A DNA stretch of 64,000 nt from assembly GCA_030018265.1 (NCBI GenBank), contig JASEFX010000007.1:1122-65121 (forward strand), given 5' to 3'. The DNA is from Candidatus Saccharicenans sp. (GTDB lineage: Bacteria > Acidobacteriota > Aminicenantia > Aminicenantales > Saccharicenantaceae). The notes below the pieces were generated by a model. It did not search any database and was not told the DNA's origin. It was given only the letters and a program-made list of their open reading frames with translations. Positions 9,837 through 19,309 of this stretch are shown here, in pieces (the first letter of the stretch is position 1; each line of letters opens with the position of its first letter). Position numbers and translations under genes: made by a program.

Positions 9837-10733
9837 TTAATGTATTTTATGCTGACTGAATTTTCGGCTGAGGCCACGGGAAGCCAGGCTTATGAGCAGG
9901 ATTAAGATGGTCAGAACGGCTGCAGCCGCGTAGGCTCTTTGCTGCACTTCCGGATAGGGAGAGTTCAGCTGAAAGAAAATGGCCAGAGGCAGGGTGGCCA
10001 CCGGCTGAAAAAGCGAAGTGGTGATGCGGTCAGTATAGCCGGCCGTAAACAGGACGGCGGCCGCGTCGCCCAGTCCTCGCCCGAAAGCCATCAGGGTGGC
10101 GGTCAGAAGACCGGGGAAGGCCTGGCGCAGGACTACCTTGATGGCAGTCTGCCAGCGGCTGGCTCCGAGTGAGTAAGTGGCCTCTTTCAGTTCAGCGGGA
10201 ACCATGTTGATCGTTTCGTCCAGCGCCCGGCTGAGGATCGGCAGTTCCACCATGGCTACCGTGATCATTCCCGCCAGAAGAGAGGCTCTCAGATGAAAGG
10301 CGAGCATAATCAGAAAGCCGAAGGCGCCGTAGACGATCGAGGGTATCCCCCAGAGAACGTCGAGGACAAACCTGATCGCTTCTGCCAGCGGTGAGTGCCG
10401 GCGAAGATAGCTGTTGAGAAAAACCACAGCCGGAAGAGAGATGAACAGGGCGACCACGGTTGCACCCAGGGTCAGCTGCAAAGATCCAGCGATGGCATTG
10501 AGGATGCCGCCTTCGTGGCCCAGATAATAGCCGCTTCCTGGCGTTCGGATGATCAGACTCAGTCTCAGCGCGGGAAGACTCTTGAAGAGAATGGTGGCAA
10601 GTATCAGTATCAGGCTGAAGAGAACCAGCCCTGCGCATATTGATATTATTATTTTGAACAAAAGTTCTGCCCGCCGCCGGCGGCGAAGATGTCCGGTCTT
10701 TGGAATCAGGCTGGCCGGGCAGCTGTTATTCAT
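9837..10733 (-). CDS. pstA: PstA-family ABC permease (operon 1)
   Basis: GIPSIVYGAFG, EAA-loop ELKEATYSLGASRWQT; operon position. Confidence 0.85.
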   Translation of the reverse strand: MNNSCPASLIPKTGHLRRRRRAELLFKIIISICAGLVLFSLILILATILFKSLPALRLSLIIRTPGSGYYLGHEGGILNAIAGSLQLTLGATVVALFISLPAVVFLNSYLRRHSPLAEAIRFVLDVLWGIPSIVYGAFGFLIMLAFHLRASLLAGMITVAMVELPILSRALDETINMVPAELKEATYSLGASRWQTAIKVVLRQAFPGLLTATLMAFGRGLGDAAAVLFTAGYTDRITTSLFQPVATLPLAIFFQLNSPYPEVQQRAYAAAAVLTILILLISLASRGLSRKFSQHKIH

Positions 10734-11626
10734 CCGAACCTCCGGCTGATTTTTACTAAATACCAGCGAGCGATCAGACTGAACCCGATCACAATAACAA
10801 GCAATATCAGCGCAGCCAGATTGAGCGCCGCTTCATACCCGGGAATCGACATCATTTCTCCGTAGTTGTTGGCCAGAAGCGCCGGGAGCGGGTAGGCTGG
10901 AGAAAATAGCGAGCGAGGAATTTCCGGCACATTCCCGACCACCATCAGCACGGCGATGGTTTCGCCGAACGCCCTGGCCAGCCCGAGGACGCAGGCGGCC
11001 ATGATGCCCGGGAAACATTTTTTCAGTACAACATATCTGACCACTTCCAGACGTGTGGCGCCGAGGGAAAGAGCGGCTTCCTTCAGCTCGAGGGGCACAG
11101 AACTCATCACCTCAACCGAAACGTTGATGATGGTCGGCAGGATCATTACAGCCAGTACTATTCCGGCGGCCAGAACGCTGTAACCGGAGCTTTCGCGGCC
11201 AACTGTCAGCGCCTGTAACTTTCTCACGGCCGGGACCACCAGAAGCACTCCCCACATCCCGTAAATCACCGAGGGAAGTCCGGCCAGAAGGTCAAGCACC
11301 GGCCGGAAAATCTTTTGCAGACCTGAAGGCGCGTATTCTGATAGATAAATGGAACTCAATAGTCCGACCGGCACCGCCAGAAAAAAAGCCGTGATGGTCA
11401 CCCAGATCGTCCCGGCTATAAACGGCAGAAGGCCGAAGTTTCCCCGGCCAGGCTGCCATGTGGAAGAAAAGAACAGAGTGCTCAAAGATTTAAAAGAAAT
11501 AAAAGGCAGAGCCTTCCCGGAAAGCGCCAGGAAAATAGCGACCGCCAGAAGAAGCGGCAAAAAGGCGAAGAGTGCCGTGACCAGCGCCGGCCACAGGTCT
11601 TTCTGACTTAAATTTTTCAGGCTCAT
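10730..11626 (-). CDS. pstC: PstC-family ABC permease (operon 1)
   Basis: LLAGLPSVIYGMWG, EAALSLGAT, RAFGETIAVLMVVGN. Confidence 0.87.
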   Translation of the reverse strand: MSLKNLSQKDLWPALVTALFAFLPLLLAVAIFLALSGKALPFISFKSLSTLFFSSTWQPGRGNFGLLPFIAGTIWVTITAFFLAVPVGLLSSIYLSEYAPSGLQKIFRPVLDLLAGLPSVIYGMWGVLLVVPAVRKLQALTVGRESSGYSVLAAGIVLAVMILPTIINVSVEVMSSVPLELKEAALSLGATRLEVVRYVVLKKCFPGIMAACVLGLARAFGETIAVLMVVGNVPEIPRSLFSPAYPLPALLANNYGEMMSIPGYEAALNLAALILLVIVIGFSLIARWYLVKISRRFG

Positions 11627-12642
11627 CTTTTTCTGAGCTCCTGGATTTTCTGGCGTTGCTGTTTGAGAATCTCGTCATCTGGCGTCAAATATCCAGCCTG
11701 CTCTACCAGACTCTGCCCGCGGGTTAAAACCCATTCGAGGAAAACGAGCACCGCTTCTTTCTGCAGGTTCATTTTAACCACCAGAAAAAGGTCGCGGGCG
11801 GGAGGCGAAGGATAAAGTCCATTTTTGATGGCGGCGGTCAGAGTTGTCCGGTCCTGGTAAAAATTTTCTTCCGGGGAAATCTCACCGTCAGAGTTCAGGT
11901 CCAGCGGAATTATGGCCAGCCCTTCGTGGGGTTTCAGCGTGCGCGGATTGTAGGCAAAATTAAGGTTGTTAAAACCGATCCCGAGCGGGTCGCGACGGAC
12001 AGCCTCCGCCAGACCCGGGTCTCCAAAGATGGCCACCCCTTTCAGGTCTTCCTGATGAGCTCCAAGGAAAGCAGCCCAGGTTTCGGCCGCGCCGCAGGCG
12101 TCCGAACGGATGTAAGTTCGGATGGGAGTTTTAGGAACGGAAGCGAAAAGCTCTTCCCAGAAGCGAATCTTTCCTTCTATAAAAATAGCTCTGAGTTCTT
12201 TACTGGTTATGCCTCTTTCGAGAATTGATCCGAGAAACGGATTTTTTGAGTTGACTGTGCCAACGACGGCGTCCTTAGCGACGACCAGCGGCCAGGCGCC
12301 GCGGCTGATTTCCTCCGGGTGCACGTCTCGAGAAAGCATGCCGATATCCACCAGCCCCGACAGAACGTCCGCCATTCCTTTGCCTGCTCCTCCTGCCTGC
12401 AGGTCTATTTTTACGCCGGGGTATTCTTGCTGAAATACTTCTGCCCAGCGGGCCGCCAGCGGATAGAGCGCCCAGGCGCCGGAGATGCTGATATTTGCGG
12501 TGAGTTTTGAATTTTGAAATTCTTTCGCTGGCGTTAAAACTCTGACTGCAAGCAGGGCGGTAAATGACATAAGAAAAATTAACAGGAAAAAACATACGGT
12601 TTTTTTTCTGCTCGCAATTGTATTTCTTTTCTCTGCGATCAT
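11623..12642 (-). CDS. PstS-like periplasmic oxyanion-binding protein (non-canonical ligand site)
   Basis: PBP_like_2-type layout (ISISGAWALYPL, GGAGKG, LSRD, RSDACGAAETW, YPSPPARDLF); N-terminal TM/signal; directly upstream of pstCAB. Confidence 0.8.
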   Translation of the reverse strand: MIAEKRNTIASRKKTVCFFLLIFLMSFTALLAVRVLTPAKEFQNSKLTANISISGAWALYPLAARWAEVFQQEYPGVKIDLQAGGAGKGMADVLSGLVDIGMLSRDVHPEEISRGAWPLVVAKDAVVGTVNSKNPFLGSILERGITSKELRAIFIEGKIRFWEELFASVPKTPIRTYIRSDACGAAETWAAFLGAHQEDLKGVAIFGDPGLAEAVRRDPLGIGFNNLNFAYNPRTLKPHEGLAIIPLDLNSDGEISPEENFYQDRTTLTAAIKNGLYPSPPARDLFLVVKMNLQKEAVLVFLEWVLTRGQSLVEQAGYLTPDDEILKQQRQKIQELRKR

Positions 12643-12707
12643 TCCTCAGACCTCAAAGGGATGTTCCTTTTTTGAAGCCATCGGCTCCACCATAATCTTT
12701 CTGGCGG

Positions 12708-13715
12708 TTAGAAGCCGACCTGCAGCTGGAGAAGAAACGCGTTGTAATCGGGTCCATTTTCCACCCGATGGAATTCCACGTTAGCCTGCGCTTTAGACTT
12801 CCCGCTCAAAAACCAGTTCGTCCCGGCGGTGAAGGTTGTTGCGCTGTTTCCGGGGATATTGTGGTTGTCATTCAGGTAATCGAGCCTCAGGACCAGCTGA
12901 TATTTTTTCTTAATCAGGTCGGCCGCTCCGAGAAGGTACCAGCCTGATTTTTCGGCCGTGTGGTCTTCTGCCATTATGTATTCAGCCTGAAGATAGAAGG
13001 GAGCGCGAAGCCAGGTCAGCTCAAACCCGTATCTGTTCCTTTTAAGATCCATGGCAGCGGCCGTGTCGAATCGCCGGCCATTGTAAATAGAGAAACCAAA
13101 AGAGAAACCCTCTATCGGATTAAAGGTAATTCTGACGGCCAGGTCTTTGTGATCGTTATCGTCCTTTTTGTTGGCGCCGGTTCCGTTGACCAGACCGATA
13201 GAATAATGCACGGAAGAATAGCTTCCGTAAACCACCGCACCGATATCCCGGCCGGCGGTGCCTGTATCACGCCCGGGCGCCAGTTTTTCCACCACCTGAG
13301 AGCGATTAATAGTCAGCAACTGCCCGGCCGAGGTATTGTTTTCGAGGCTGAAAGGAACAAGAAACTGTCCGAGGCGAAAATTAATACCCCGGATTATGTT
13401 CACTTCCGCCATCGCGTCAAGAAGAGCCGGGGAGCGGGTAAAATCCACCTGGAGCTTGAAGTGGAGGTTTTTGATGATAGAAGCCCCCATAGAGAGACGC
13501 GCGCGCCTCACAGAAAAGGTGTCGGCGGAATCTTTACGACCGCTGAAAAGAATCTGGGTATAGCCGGAAAGTGAAACCGGCAGGGAACTCGTTATCGCAG
13601 GGGAAGATGATTCTGAATCTACGGGTGTAGGGTAACCGGAAACGATTGGAGCGAAACAGGCTAAAAAAGGAGTGATCAAAACACAGGCAAAAATGCGCTG
13701 GCAGGCTTTTTTCAT
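12708..13715 (-). CDS. OprO/OprP-like anion-selective porin
   Basis: Signal peptide, FSVRRARL, LLDAMAEV, GQFLVPFSLE, GRDIG, NWFL; ends LQVGF (outer-membrane barrel terminal Phe). Confidence 0.82.
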   Translation of the reverse strand: MKKACQRIFACVLITPFLACFAPIVSGYPTPVDSESSSPAITSSLPVSLSGYTQILFSGRKDSADTFSVRRARLSMGASIIKNLHFKLQVDFTRSPALLDAMAEVNIIRGINFRLGQFLVPFSLENNTSAGQLLTINRSQVVEKLAPGRDTGTAGRDIGAVVYGSYSSVHYSIGLVNGTGANKKDDNDHKDLAVRITFNPIEGFSFGFSIYNGRRFDTAAAMDLKRNRYGFELTWLRAPFYLQAEYIMAEDHTAEKSGWYLLGAADLIKKKYQLVLRLDYLNDNHNIPGNSATTFTAGTNWFLSGKSKAQANVEFHRVENGPDYNAFLLQLQVGF

Positions 13716-14161
13716 TTTATGCCTCCACCGGACTGGTTCTTTTTAATCTCCACATGTTTTCTTACCACATCCTCAAAGGTGGTCTTTTCCAGATGACTGG
13801 CTACCATATCCCTGACTTCTTTCCACAGCGATCTGAGACCGCAGCGGTTTTCAAACGGGCAGGGTTCATGGTCGATGACGCTCACGCAATTGATTGGAGC
13901 CAGTGGCCCGTCGAGCACCCTGATCACTTCAGCCACGCTGATTTCGGCCGGAGGTCGCGCCAGATAATAACCTCCTGATGGTCCTTTCTTGCTCTTGACG
14001 TATCCGGCTCGTTTGAGAGAGAGGAGAATCTGTTCAAGAAACGGCCGTGGGATGGCCTGAGACAGCGAGATTATTTTTATCGGAACAGGCCCCTGTCCGT
14101 AGCGTAGAGAAAGTTCCAGCATCGCCCGGCTGGCATATTCTCCTCGCGTCGAAAGCCTCAT
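13712..14161 (-). CDS. Rrf2-family transcriptional regulator (IscR/CymR-like, three Cys)
   Basis: MRLSTRGEYA, FLEQILLSLKRAGYVKSKKGPSGGYYLARPP, GPLAPINCVS...C...C; overlaps the porin start (ATGA). Confidence 0.92.
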   Translation of the reverse strand: MRLSTRGEYASRAMLELSLRYGQGPVPIKIISLSQAIPRPFLEQILLSLKRAGYVKSKKGPSGGYYLARPPAEISVAEVIRVLDGPLAPINCVSVIDHEPCPFENRCGLRSLWKEVRDMVASHLEKTTFEDVVRKHVEIKKNQSGGGIK

Positions 14162-14174
14162 AATTCGACAGTTA

Positions 14175-14230
14175 ATAGTTGATTAATTCTATCAACTTTA
14201 TCATATATTTAACTCGTGCAGGATTGTCAA
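14175..14230 (-). promoter_or_regulatory. Promoter plus palindromic Rrf2-type operator
   Basis: Minus strand TTGACA (14230-14225), 17 nt, TATATG; inverted repeat AGTTGAT-N7-ATCAACT (14177-14197) between the -10 and the ATG. Confidence 0.65.
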
Positions 14231-14536
14231 GCACTTTTCAGTCGAAATGCTCATTGGACTTGCAAAGGTAAGCAAACAGGAGAGGATAAAAATGTCCTCA
14301 TAAAACATAGAGGATACAGGGAAAAAATGCGATGCATAACAGCAGCTTCAGGTAAAATCAGCATCAGAAATAGGGAGACAGAATATACAGGATGAAAAAT
14401 AAGCAGAGATTGACTTAATCGTTTTCGAAACAGGTTTTACGTGAAATCTTCGTTTTGCGGAAAACTTTCGCTTTTTTCAATATTGTCAACCGGTGAGGGT
14501 TGTGGCATCATTTTCCTGTGCTGGAAGGAGGAAATA

Positions 14537-15325
14537 ATGACCCGCTGCAGACGGCTAAGGTTTTTCTCCATAGTCTTTTTAATATTAGCCTCCGCTGCTC
14601 TGGCAGGTTTCTCTCAGGCCAGAGGCCCGAGAGTGGAATTCAGGGAGGAGAGCTGGAATTTTGGCCGGATAAAGCAAGGGGAAATCGTCACTCATGAATT
14701 TGTGTTCAAAAATACTGGGTCAGATGTGCTGGTGGTGAAGAATGTGACCACCTCCTGTGGCTGCACCGCTGCCCTGGTTTCTGAAAGGGAAATTCCACCG
14801 GGGAAAGAGGGAAAGCTCAGCGTCAGCTTCGATTCGAGAGGCTATGCCGGCAGGGTGATCAAGTATGTTTATTTTGAAAGCAACGACCCGCGTCACCCGC
14901 GGAAGGAGCTAAAAATTGAGGTGGAGGTGGAAACCGGGCCGGCTCCGAGGATTGAGATTGAGCCCTATAACCTCGACCTCGGGCTGGTGCTTGAAGGAGA
15001 ACCGGCTGAAGCTGAGATCAAGGTCAGAAACAGCGGCCAGCTCGAACTGACCATTGACATCGATTATCCCGGTGTGAACTTTATGGTTGGAGGGAAGTCG
15101 ATTCGTTTCCCTTACAGGATACCGGCTGGCAGGGAGATAGTGCTGAAAATTACGCTGCCGGCGGTTAAAGACAAAAGGGGAGCGCAGAGAGATTATCTGA
15201 TGGTGAAGTCTAACGATTCGGCGCGGCCGGCCATATCGATCTTCATAAGCAGGTATGTAATCAGCCGTGAAGAATTGAAGAGTCTGTTTGAAAAATACGG
15301 GAAAGTTCTGGGAATCAAGCATTGA
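14537..15325 (+). CDS. Exported DUF1573 (Ig-like) domain protein
   Basis: GGAGG RBS before ATG 14537; signal peptide; WNFG...FVFKNTG...VTTSCGCTAA...IPPG motif; second Ig-like repeat. Confidence 0.8.
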   Translation: MTRCRRLRFFSIVFLILASAALAGFSQARGPRVEFREESWNFGRIKQGEIVTHEFVFKNTGSDVLVVKNVTTSCGCTAALVSEREIPPGKEGKLSVSFDSRGYAGRVIKYVYFESNDPRHPRKELKIEVEVETGPAPRIEIEPYNLDLGLVLEGEPAEAEIKVRNSGQLELTIDIDYPGVNFMVGGKSIRFPYRIPAGREIVLKITLPAVKDKRGAQRDYLMVKSNDSARPAISIFISRYVISREELKSLFEKYGKVLGIKH

Positions 15326-15399
15326 GCTGAGTTCTGTCGAGCGAGGGATGGCTGATTCAGGCACTGGCCCGATGCAGGAAAAAGAATAAAGCTTGTGCC

Positions 15400-15636
15400 A
15401 TGATGATGTCAAAAAGAATTCTTGTGGTTAGAGTGCAACCAGGGTCATCAAAGAGGGAATTGGTTAAAATTTCCGATAACGAATACAGAGCGCGCTTGAA
15501 TTCTCCTCCGGAAAAAGGACGAGCGAACCAGGAGCTCCTGGAACTTCTTTCTGATTACCTTAAAATTCCTGTTTCCAGATTAAAAATTGTGAAGGGAAAG
15601 GCATCCCGTGAGAAGTGGGTGGAAATAGAGCCGTGA
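15400..15636 (+). CDS. DUF167/YggU family protein
   Basis: VRVQPGS...SPPEKGRANQELLELLSDYL...IVKGKASREK. Confidence 0.88.
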   Translation: MMMSKRILVVRVQPGSSKRELVKISDNEYRARLNSPPEKGRANQELLELLSDYLKIPVSRLKIVKGKASREKWVEIEP

Positions 15637-15736
15637 ACTCAGCCGGAACCATAGAGATCTCAATTTTCGAAACTTTACTTTCGTCCGAAAATCAATCTAA
15701 AAATCCAGGGAAAGAATCGGCGCCTGGAGGTTCAGC

Positions 15737-17047
15737 ATGAGTTACCGGAATCTGGTGAGTCTGGCTGGCCTGCTGACGCTGGCCGTTGTTGCCTGGTTAT
15801 TCTCAAAGAAGAAAAAAGTGATTAACTGGAAAGTTATTTTATGGGGATTCGGGCTGCAGATTCTGCTGGCCTTTTTCGTTTTTCTGGTTCCAGCCGGGAG
15901 CAAATTCTTTCTTCTGATAAATGAAGTGGTGGTGCGGGTGCTCGACAGCGCCAGCGCCGGGATAAGATTTCTGTTCGGCCCGCTGGCTCTTCCGCCGGGC
16001 ACAAAAGGCGAAGGTGGAGAAACTTCGTTCGGGTTTATTTTAGCCTTTCAGGGACTGCCCACAGTGGTCTTCTTTGCCGCTCTGGTCGGGGCTCTTTATT
16101 ATTTGAAGGTAATGCCGTTTCTAATCCGGTTATTTGCCCGCATTTTTACCCGCCTGATGAAAGTCAGCGGAGCTGAATCTCTCTGTGTGTCCAGCAATGT
16201 TTTTGTCGGCATTGAATCGGCACTGGTGGTCAGACCTTATCTCACCCGGATGACGATTTCCGAGCTGGGGACCATTTTGACCGCGGGCATGGCCACCATC
16301 GCTTCCTCCGTCCTTTCGGTCTATGTGATGGTCCTGAAAAACGAGCTGCCGACGATTGCCGGTCATCTGGTGACGGCTTCTCTGCTTTCCGCCCCGGCGG
16401 CCCTGCTGACTTCCAAGCTGATCTTTCCGGAGACGGAAAAACCGGAAACTCTCGGGCTTAACGTTGAACCGTATTATGAAAGAGAGGATAACCTGATTAT
16501 GGCTATCATCAACGGAGCCCAATCCGGCCTGAAACTGCTTGCTGGAATAGTGACGCTTCTGCTGGCTTTCCTCGGATTGCTGGCTCTGCTGGACCTGATT
16601 CTCGGCTGGTTCGGCGGGCAGCTGAATAATCTTTTCGGATGGCACTTCAACTGGCAGGTGGCAGGGATTTTAAGTTATGTTTTCTATCCGTTCAGCCTTC
16701 TTATGGGGGTTGCTCCGCAGGATGCCATGACCGTGGCGAGACTCCTAGCCGAGAGGGTGGTAGTCACGGAACTGGTGAGCTATCAGCATCTGGCTGAATT
16801 TCTGAGAAGTGGAGCTTTCCAGGAAGTTCGCTCGGCCATCATTGCTTCTTATGCCCTCTGCGGGTTCGCGCATGTGGCTTCGCTGGCCATCTTTGTTGGC
16901 GGGATAGGAGCACTGGCTCCGGAGCGGCTGAAAGACCTGTCGCGACTGGGTTTCCGGGCGTTGCTGGCCGCCACGCTCGCCTGCATGATAACCGGCGCAG
17001 TGGCCGGAGTTTTTTATTCTGGCACTTCGCTCCTTTTAGGTCGATAG
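15737..17047 (+). CDS. nupC: NupC/CNT-family concentrative nucleoside transporter
   Basis: SGAESLCVSSNVFVG, GMATIAS, SYALCGFAH, GIGALAPER. Confidence 0.92.
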   Translation: MSYRNLVSLAGLLTLAVVAWLFSKKKKVINWKVILWGFGLQILLAFFVFLVPAGSKFFLLINEVVVRVLDSASAGIRFLFGPLALPPGTKGEGGETSFGFILAFQGLPTVVFFAALVGALYYLKVMPFLIRLFARIFTRLMKVSGAESLCVSSNVFVGIESALVVRPYLTRMTISELGTILTAGMATIASSVLSVYVMVLKNELPTIAGHLVTASLLSAPAALLTSKLIFPETEKPETLGLNVEPYYEREDNLIMAIINGAQSGLKLLAGIVTLLLAFLGLLALLDLILGWFGGQLNNLFGWHFNWQVAGILSYVFYPFSLLMGVAPQDAMTVARLLAERVVVTELVSYQHLAEFLRSGAFQEVRSAIIASYALCGFAHVASLAIFVGGIGALAPERLKDLSRLGFRALLAATLACMITGAVAGVFYSGTSLLLGR

Positions 17048-17330
17048 GCAGTCCAGCCGGCCGGGCTTAATCATGTTTTGAAATTTCTTTATACAACGGT
17101 GTTTAATCAAACCGATTCAGTTAATGCCTGCATGTCAGATAAACTTCGACTTACCAGCGGTTTTAACCTCTAATGACTGCCTCAGATGGCATTCTCTGAT
17201 TTGCCCTCAATCTGTCCGCGGAGATCTGTGAGAAAAAATTTTTTGCCAATCGTCTTCCAGGATGAAAATAAATTTTCTTAAACCGGTCTGGCTGTGGTAG
17301 AATCGTGAAAAAGCAAGAAGGAGAACGAAA

Positions 17331-18206
17331 ATGACCGGGAAAATCAAATCGATTCTCTGGGCAACCGACTTTTCGAAGGAGTCGGTGGCCGCTCTGGATT
17401 ATGCCGGGTATATGGCGCAGCATCTGGGAGCAGATATTATGGCTTTGCATGTAATTCCTGATTTTGCTCCCGCGCTTTACGAGAGCCGCGGAGTGGTCGT
17501 GGCCGAGCTAATAAAGAAACAGGAAAAGAGCCGGGAGCTGGCTCTGAAAAAGCTGGAGAAGATTTCCGGCCAGAAAGGGATTAAATTTTCCCGCGTGATT
17601 GTGGAAAATGGTTCGGCCGGGAGCAAAATACCAGAAGTGGCTGAAAAGGAAAAGTGTCAGCTGGTGGTCCTCGGCCGGACAGGCCTGTCAGCTCTGGAGA
17701 AAATATTGCTCGGCAGTGTGGCCAGCAGGGTACTCAGGAAGGCCAAAGTTCCGGTTCTGGTGGTTCCGGGGAAGAAAAAGACGCCGGAAATAAAGAACAT
17801 TCTGGTCCCGACCGATTTCTCCGACGCTGAGGAAAGAGAGAGGGACTATGCCTGGTGGCTGGCCTCCACCCTTAAAGCCAACCTGACTCTGATTTACATT
17901 CTGGAGCTTTATGATTTCAAGTTCTCTCCGGAAGAAGTAAAGAAGATGATGGACGAAGCTCTCGAAAGGCTCAAAAAAAGAAAAAGAAGAAAAACCGATT
18001 TTGAGGTGAAGGAAGTGGTCGTCCGGGATCTTAATGCTGCCGCCGGAATTGTCACTTACGCGGCCAGACATAAGATGGACCTTATTCTGATGAGCACCTG
18101 CGTTTCTCCGCTCGAAAGATTCTTCCTGGGGAGCACCACCGAAAAGGTTGTTTCTTATTCGACGGTTCCGGTCCTGGCTCTCCCCGCGGTTTATTGCAAA
18201 AAGTGA
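17331..18206 (+). CDS. Tandem-domain universal stress protein
   Basis: Two USP domains (ILWATDFS...LGSVASRVLR; ILVPTDFS...LGSTTEKVV). Confidence 0.92.
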   Translation: MTGKIKSILWATDFSKESVAALDYAGYMAQHLGADIMALHVIPDFAPALYESRGVVVAELIKKQEKSRELALKKLEKISGQKGIKFSRVIVENGSAGSKIPEVAEKEKCQLVVLGRTGLSALEKILLGSVASRVLRKAKVPVLVVPGKKKTPEIKNILVPTDFSDAEERERDYAWWLASTLKANLTLIYILELYDFKFSPEEVKKMMDEALERLKKRKRRKTDFEVKEVVVRDLNAAAGIVTYAARHKMDLILMSTCVSPLERFFLGSTTEKVVSYSTVPVLALPAVYCKK

Positions 18207-19309
18207 ACAAAGACAACAGGAAGCTGAGCTGGCTTCTCCTGAACTATCTGGTGACCGACGGGTTGCTTTCAGCCCGGAGGGCCATTGCCATCCAGAGAAG
18301 CGTTCCGCAGTTATTTCCGACGGGAGAATCGGTTATAGATCCTTTTCAGTTGCGACCGGCAGCCAGGCAGAAGCTCCTTTCTGGAGAATTGCGGGCGAGG
18401 GCTGAAACAGAACTTGAGAAGTTAGAGCGGCTGGGGTATACTCTTATAACCTTTGACGACCCCCTCTACCCGCGGCTTCTGCGGGAAATCGTCGAACCGC
18501 CACCAGTTCTCTATTGTCGGGGGCAGGCAGAAATTCTCGACTGGGCGGCGGTGGCCGTGGTGGGTTCAAGGAGACCCAGCGGATATGGCCGGATGATCGC
18601 TCTGAAGCTCTCGGAGGAACTGGCAGGCTGCGGACTGGTGGTGGTGAGCGGCCTGGCTCGGGGTGTTGACACCTTAGCTCATCGAGGAGCTATGAGAAGC
18701 GGGCGGACAGTGGCGGTGCTGGGTTCGGGCCTGGAAAATATATACCCGAGGGAAAACAGGATGCTGGCTGAAAAGATTGCCGAAAGCGGTGCGGTCGTGA
18801 GCGAGTTTCCTCTGGATTCTGGACCGCTCGGGTTTCATTTCCCTCTGCGGAACCGGATTATCAGCGGGCTCAGCCTGGCCTGCCTGGTGGTCGAGGCCGG
18901 GCTGAAATCTGGAGCTCTGATCACCGCCAGACTGGCTGCGGACCAGGGACGCGAGGTTCTGGCGATTCCGGGTCCGGTGGATTCGGAGCTGAGTCGCGGA
19001 ACGAACTTTCTCATCAAGCATGGCGCCCGGCTGGCGGAATCGGCCGAAGATGTGCTGCTGGAATTGCCCTCTCCCTGGAGGGAGGCAGCGCTCAGCCGGC
19101 TGGCCGACAGGAAGGCGACTTTTCCTGAACTTCAGGTGCGGGAAAAACAGGTTTTACAGGCTTTGCCGGAAGCCACCCTTATTCACATTGACGAATTATC
19201 TGATAAAATTCAAATACCGGTGGCCGAGCTACTGACAGTATTGCTGGCCCTTGAAATGAAGGACCTGGTGGTTCAGGAACCAGGGAAATTTTTTCGCAGG
19301 AGAATATGA
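18203..19309 (+). CDS. dprA: DNA-processing protein DprA/Smf
   Basis: AVVGSR, VSGLARGVD, FPLRNRIISGLS, SGALITA; GTG start overlaps the USP stop. Confidence 0.95.
   Translation: MNKDNRKLSWLLLNYLVTDGLLSARRAIAIQRSVPQLFPTGESVIDPFQLRPAARQKLLSGELRARAETELEKLERLGYTLITFDDPLYPRLLREIVEPPPVLYCRGQAEILDWAAVAVVGSRRPSGYGRMIALKLSEELAGCGLVVVSGLARGVDTLAHRGAMRSGRTVAVLGSGLENIYPRENRMLAEKIAESGAVVSEFPLDSGPLGFHFPLRNRIISGLSLACLVVEAGLKSGALITARLAADQGREVLAIPGPVDSELSRGTNFLIKHGARLAESAEDVLLELPSPWREAALSRLADRKATFPELQVREKQVLQALPEATLIHIDELSDKIQIPVAELLTVLLALEMKDLVVQEPGKFFRRRI

Noticed and set aside
14231-14440. Purine-rich intergenic stretch with repeated AGAGGATA/ACAGG words and a 37-codon minus-strand ORF
   Set aside because: The repeats are short and irregularly spaced (not CRISPR-like), and the ORF has no RBS or recognisable features
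14537-15325. DUF1573 protein as a possible selenoprotein
   Set aside because: The motif is TSCGC with TGT/TGC codons and there is no in-frame TGA
15694-15730. 6-bp TCCAGG/CCTGGA hairpin overlapping the nupC RBS as a purine or nucleoside riboswitch
   Set aside because: No purine aptamer core sequence, the leader is very short, and the stem is weak
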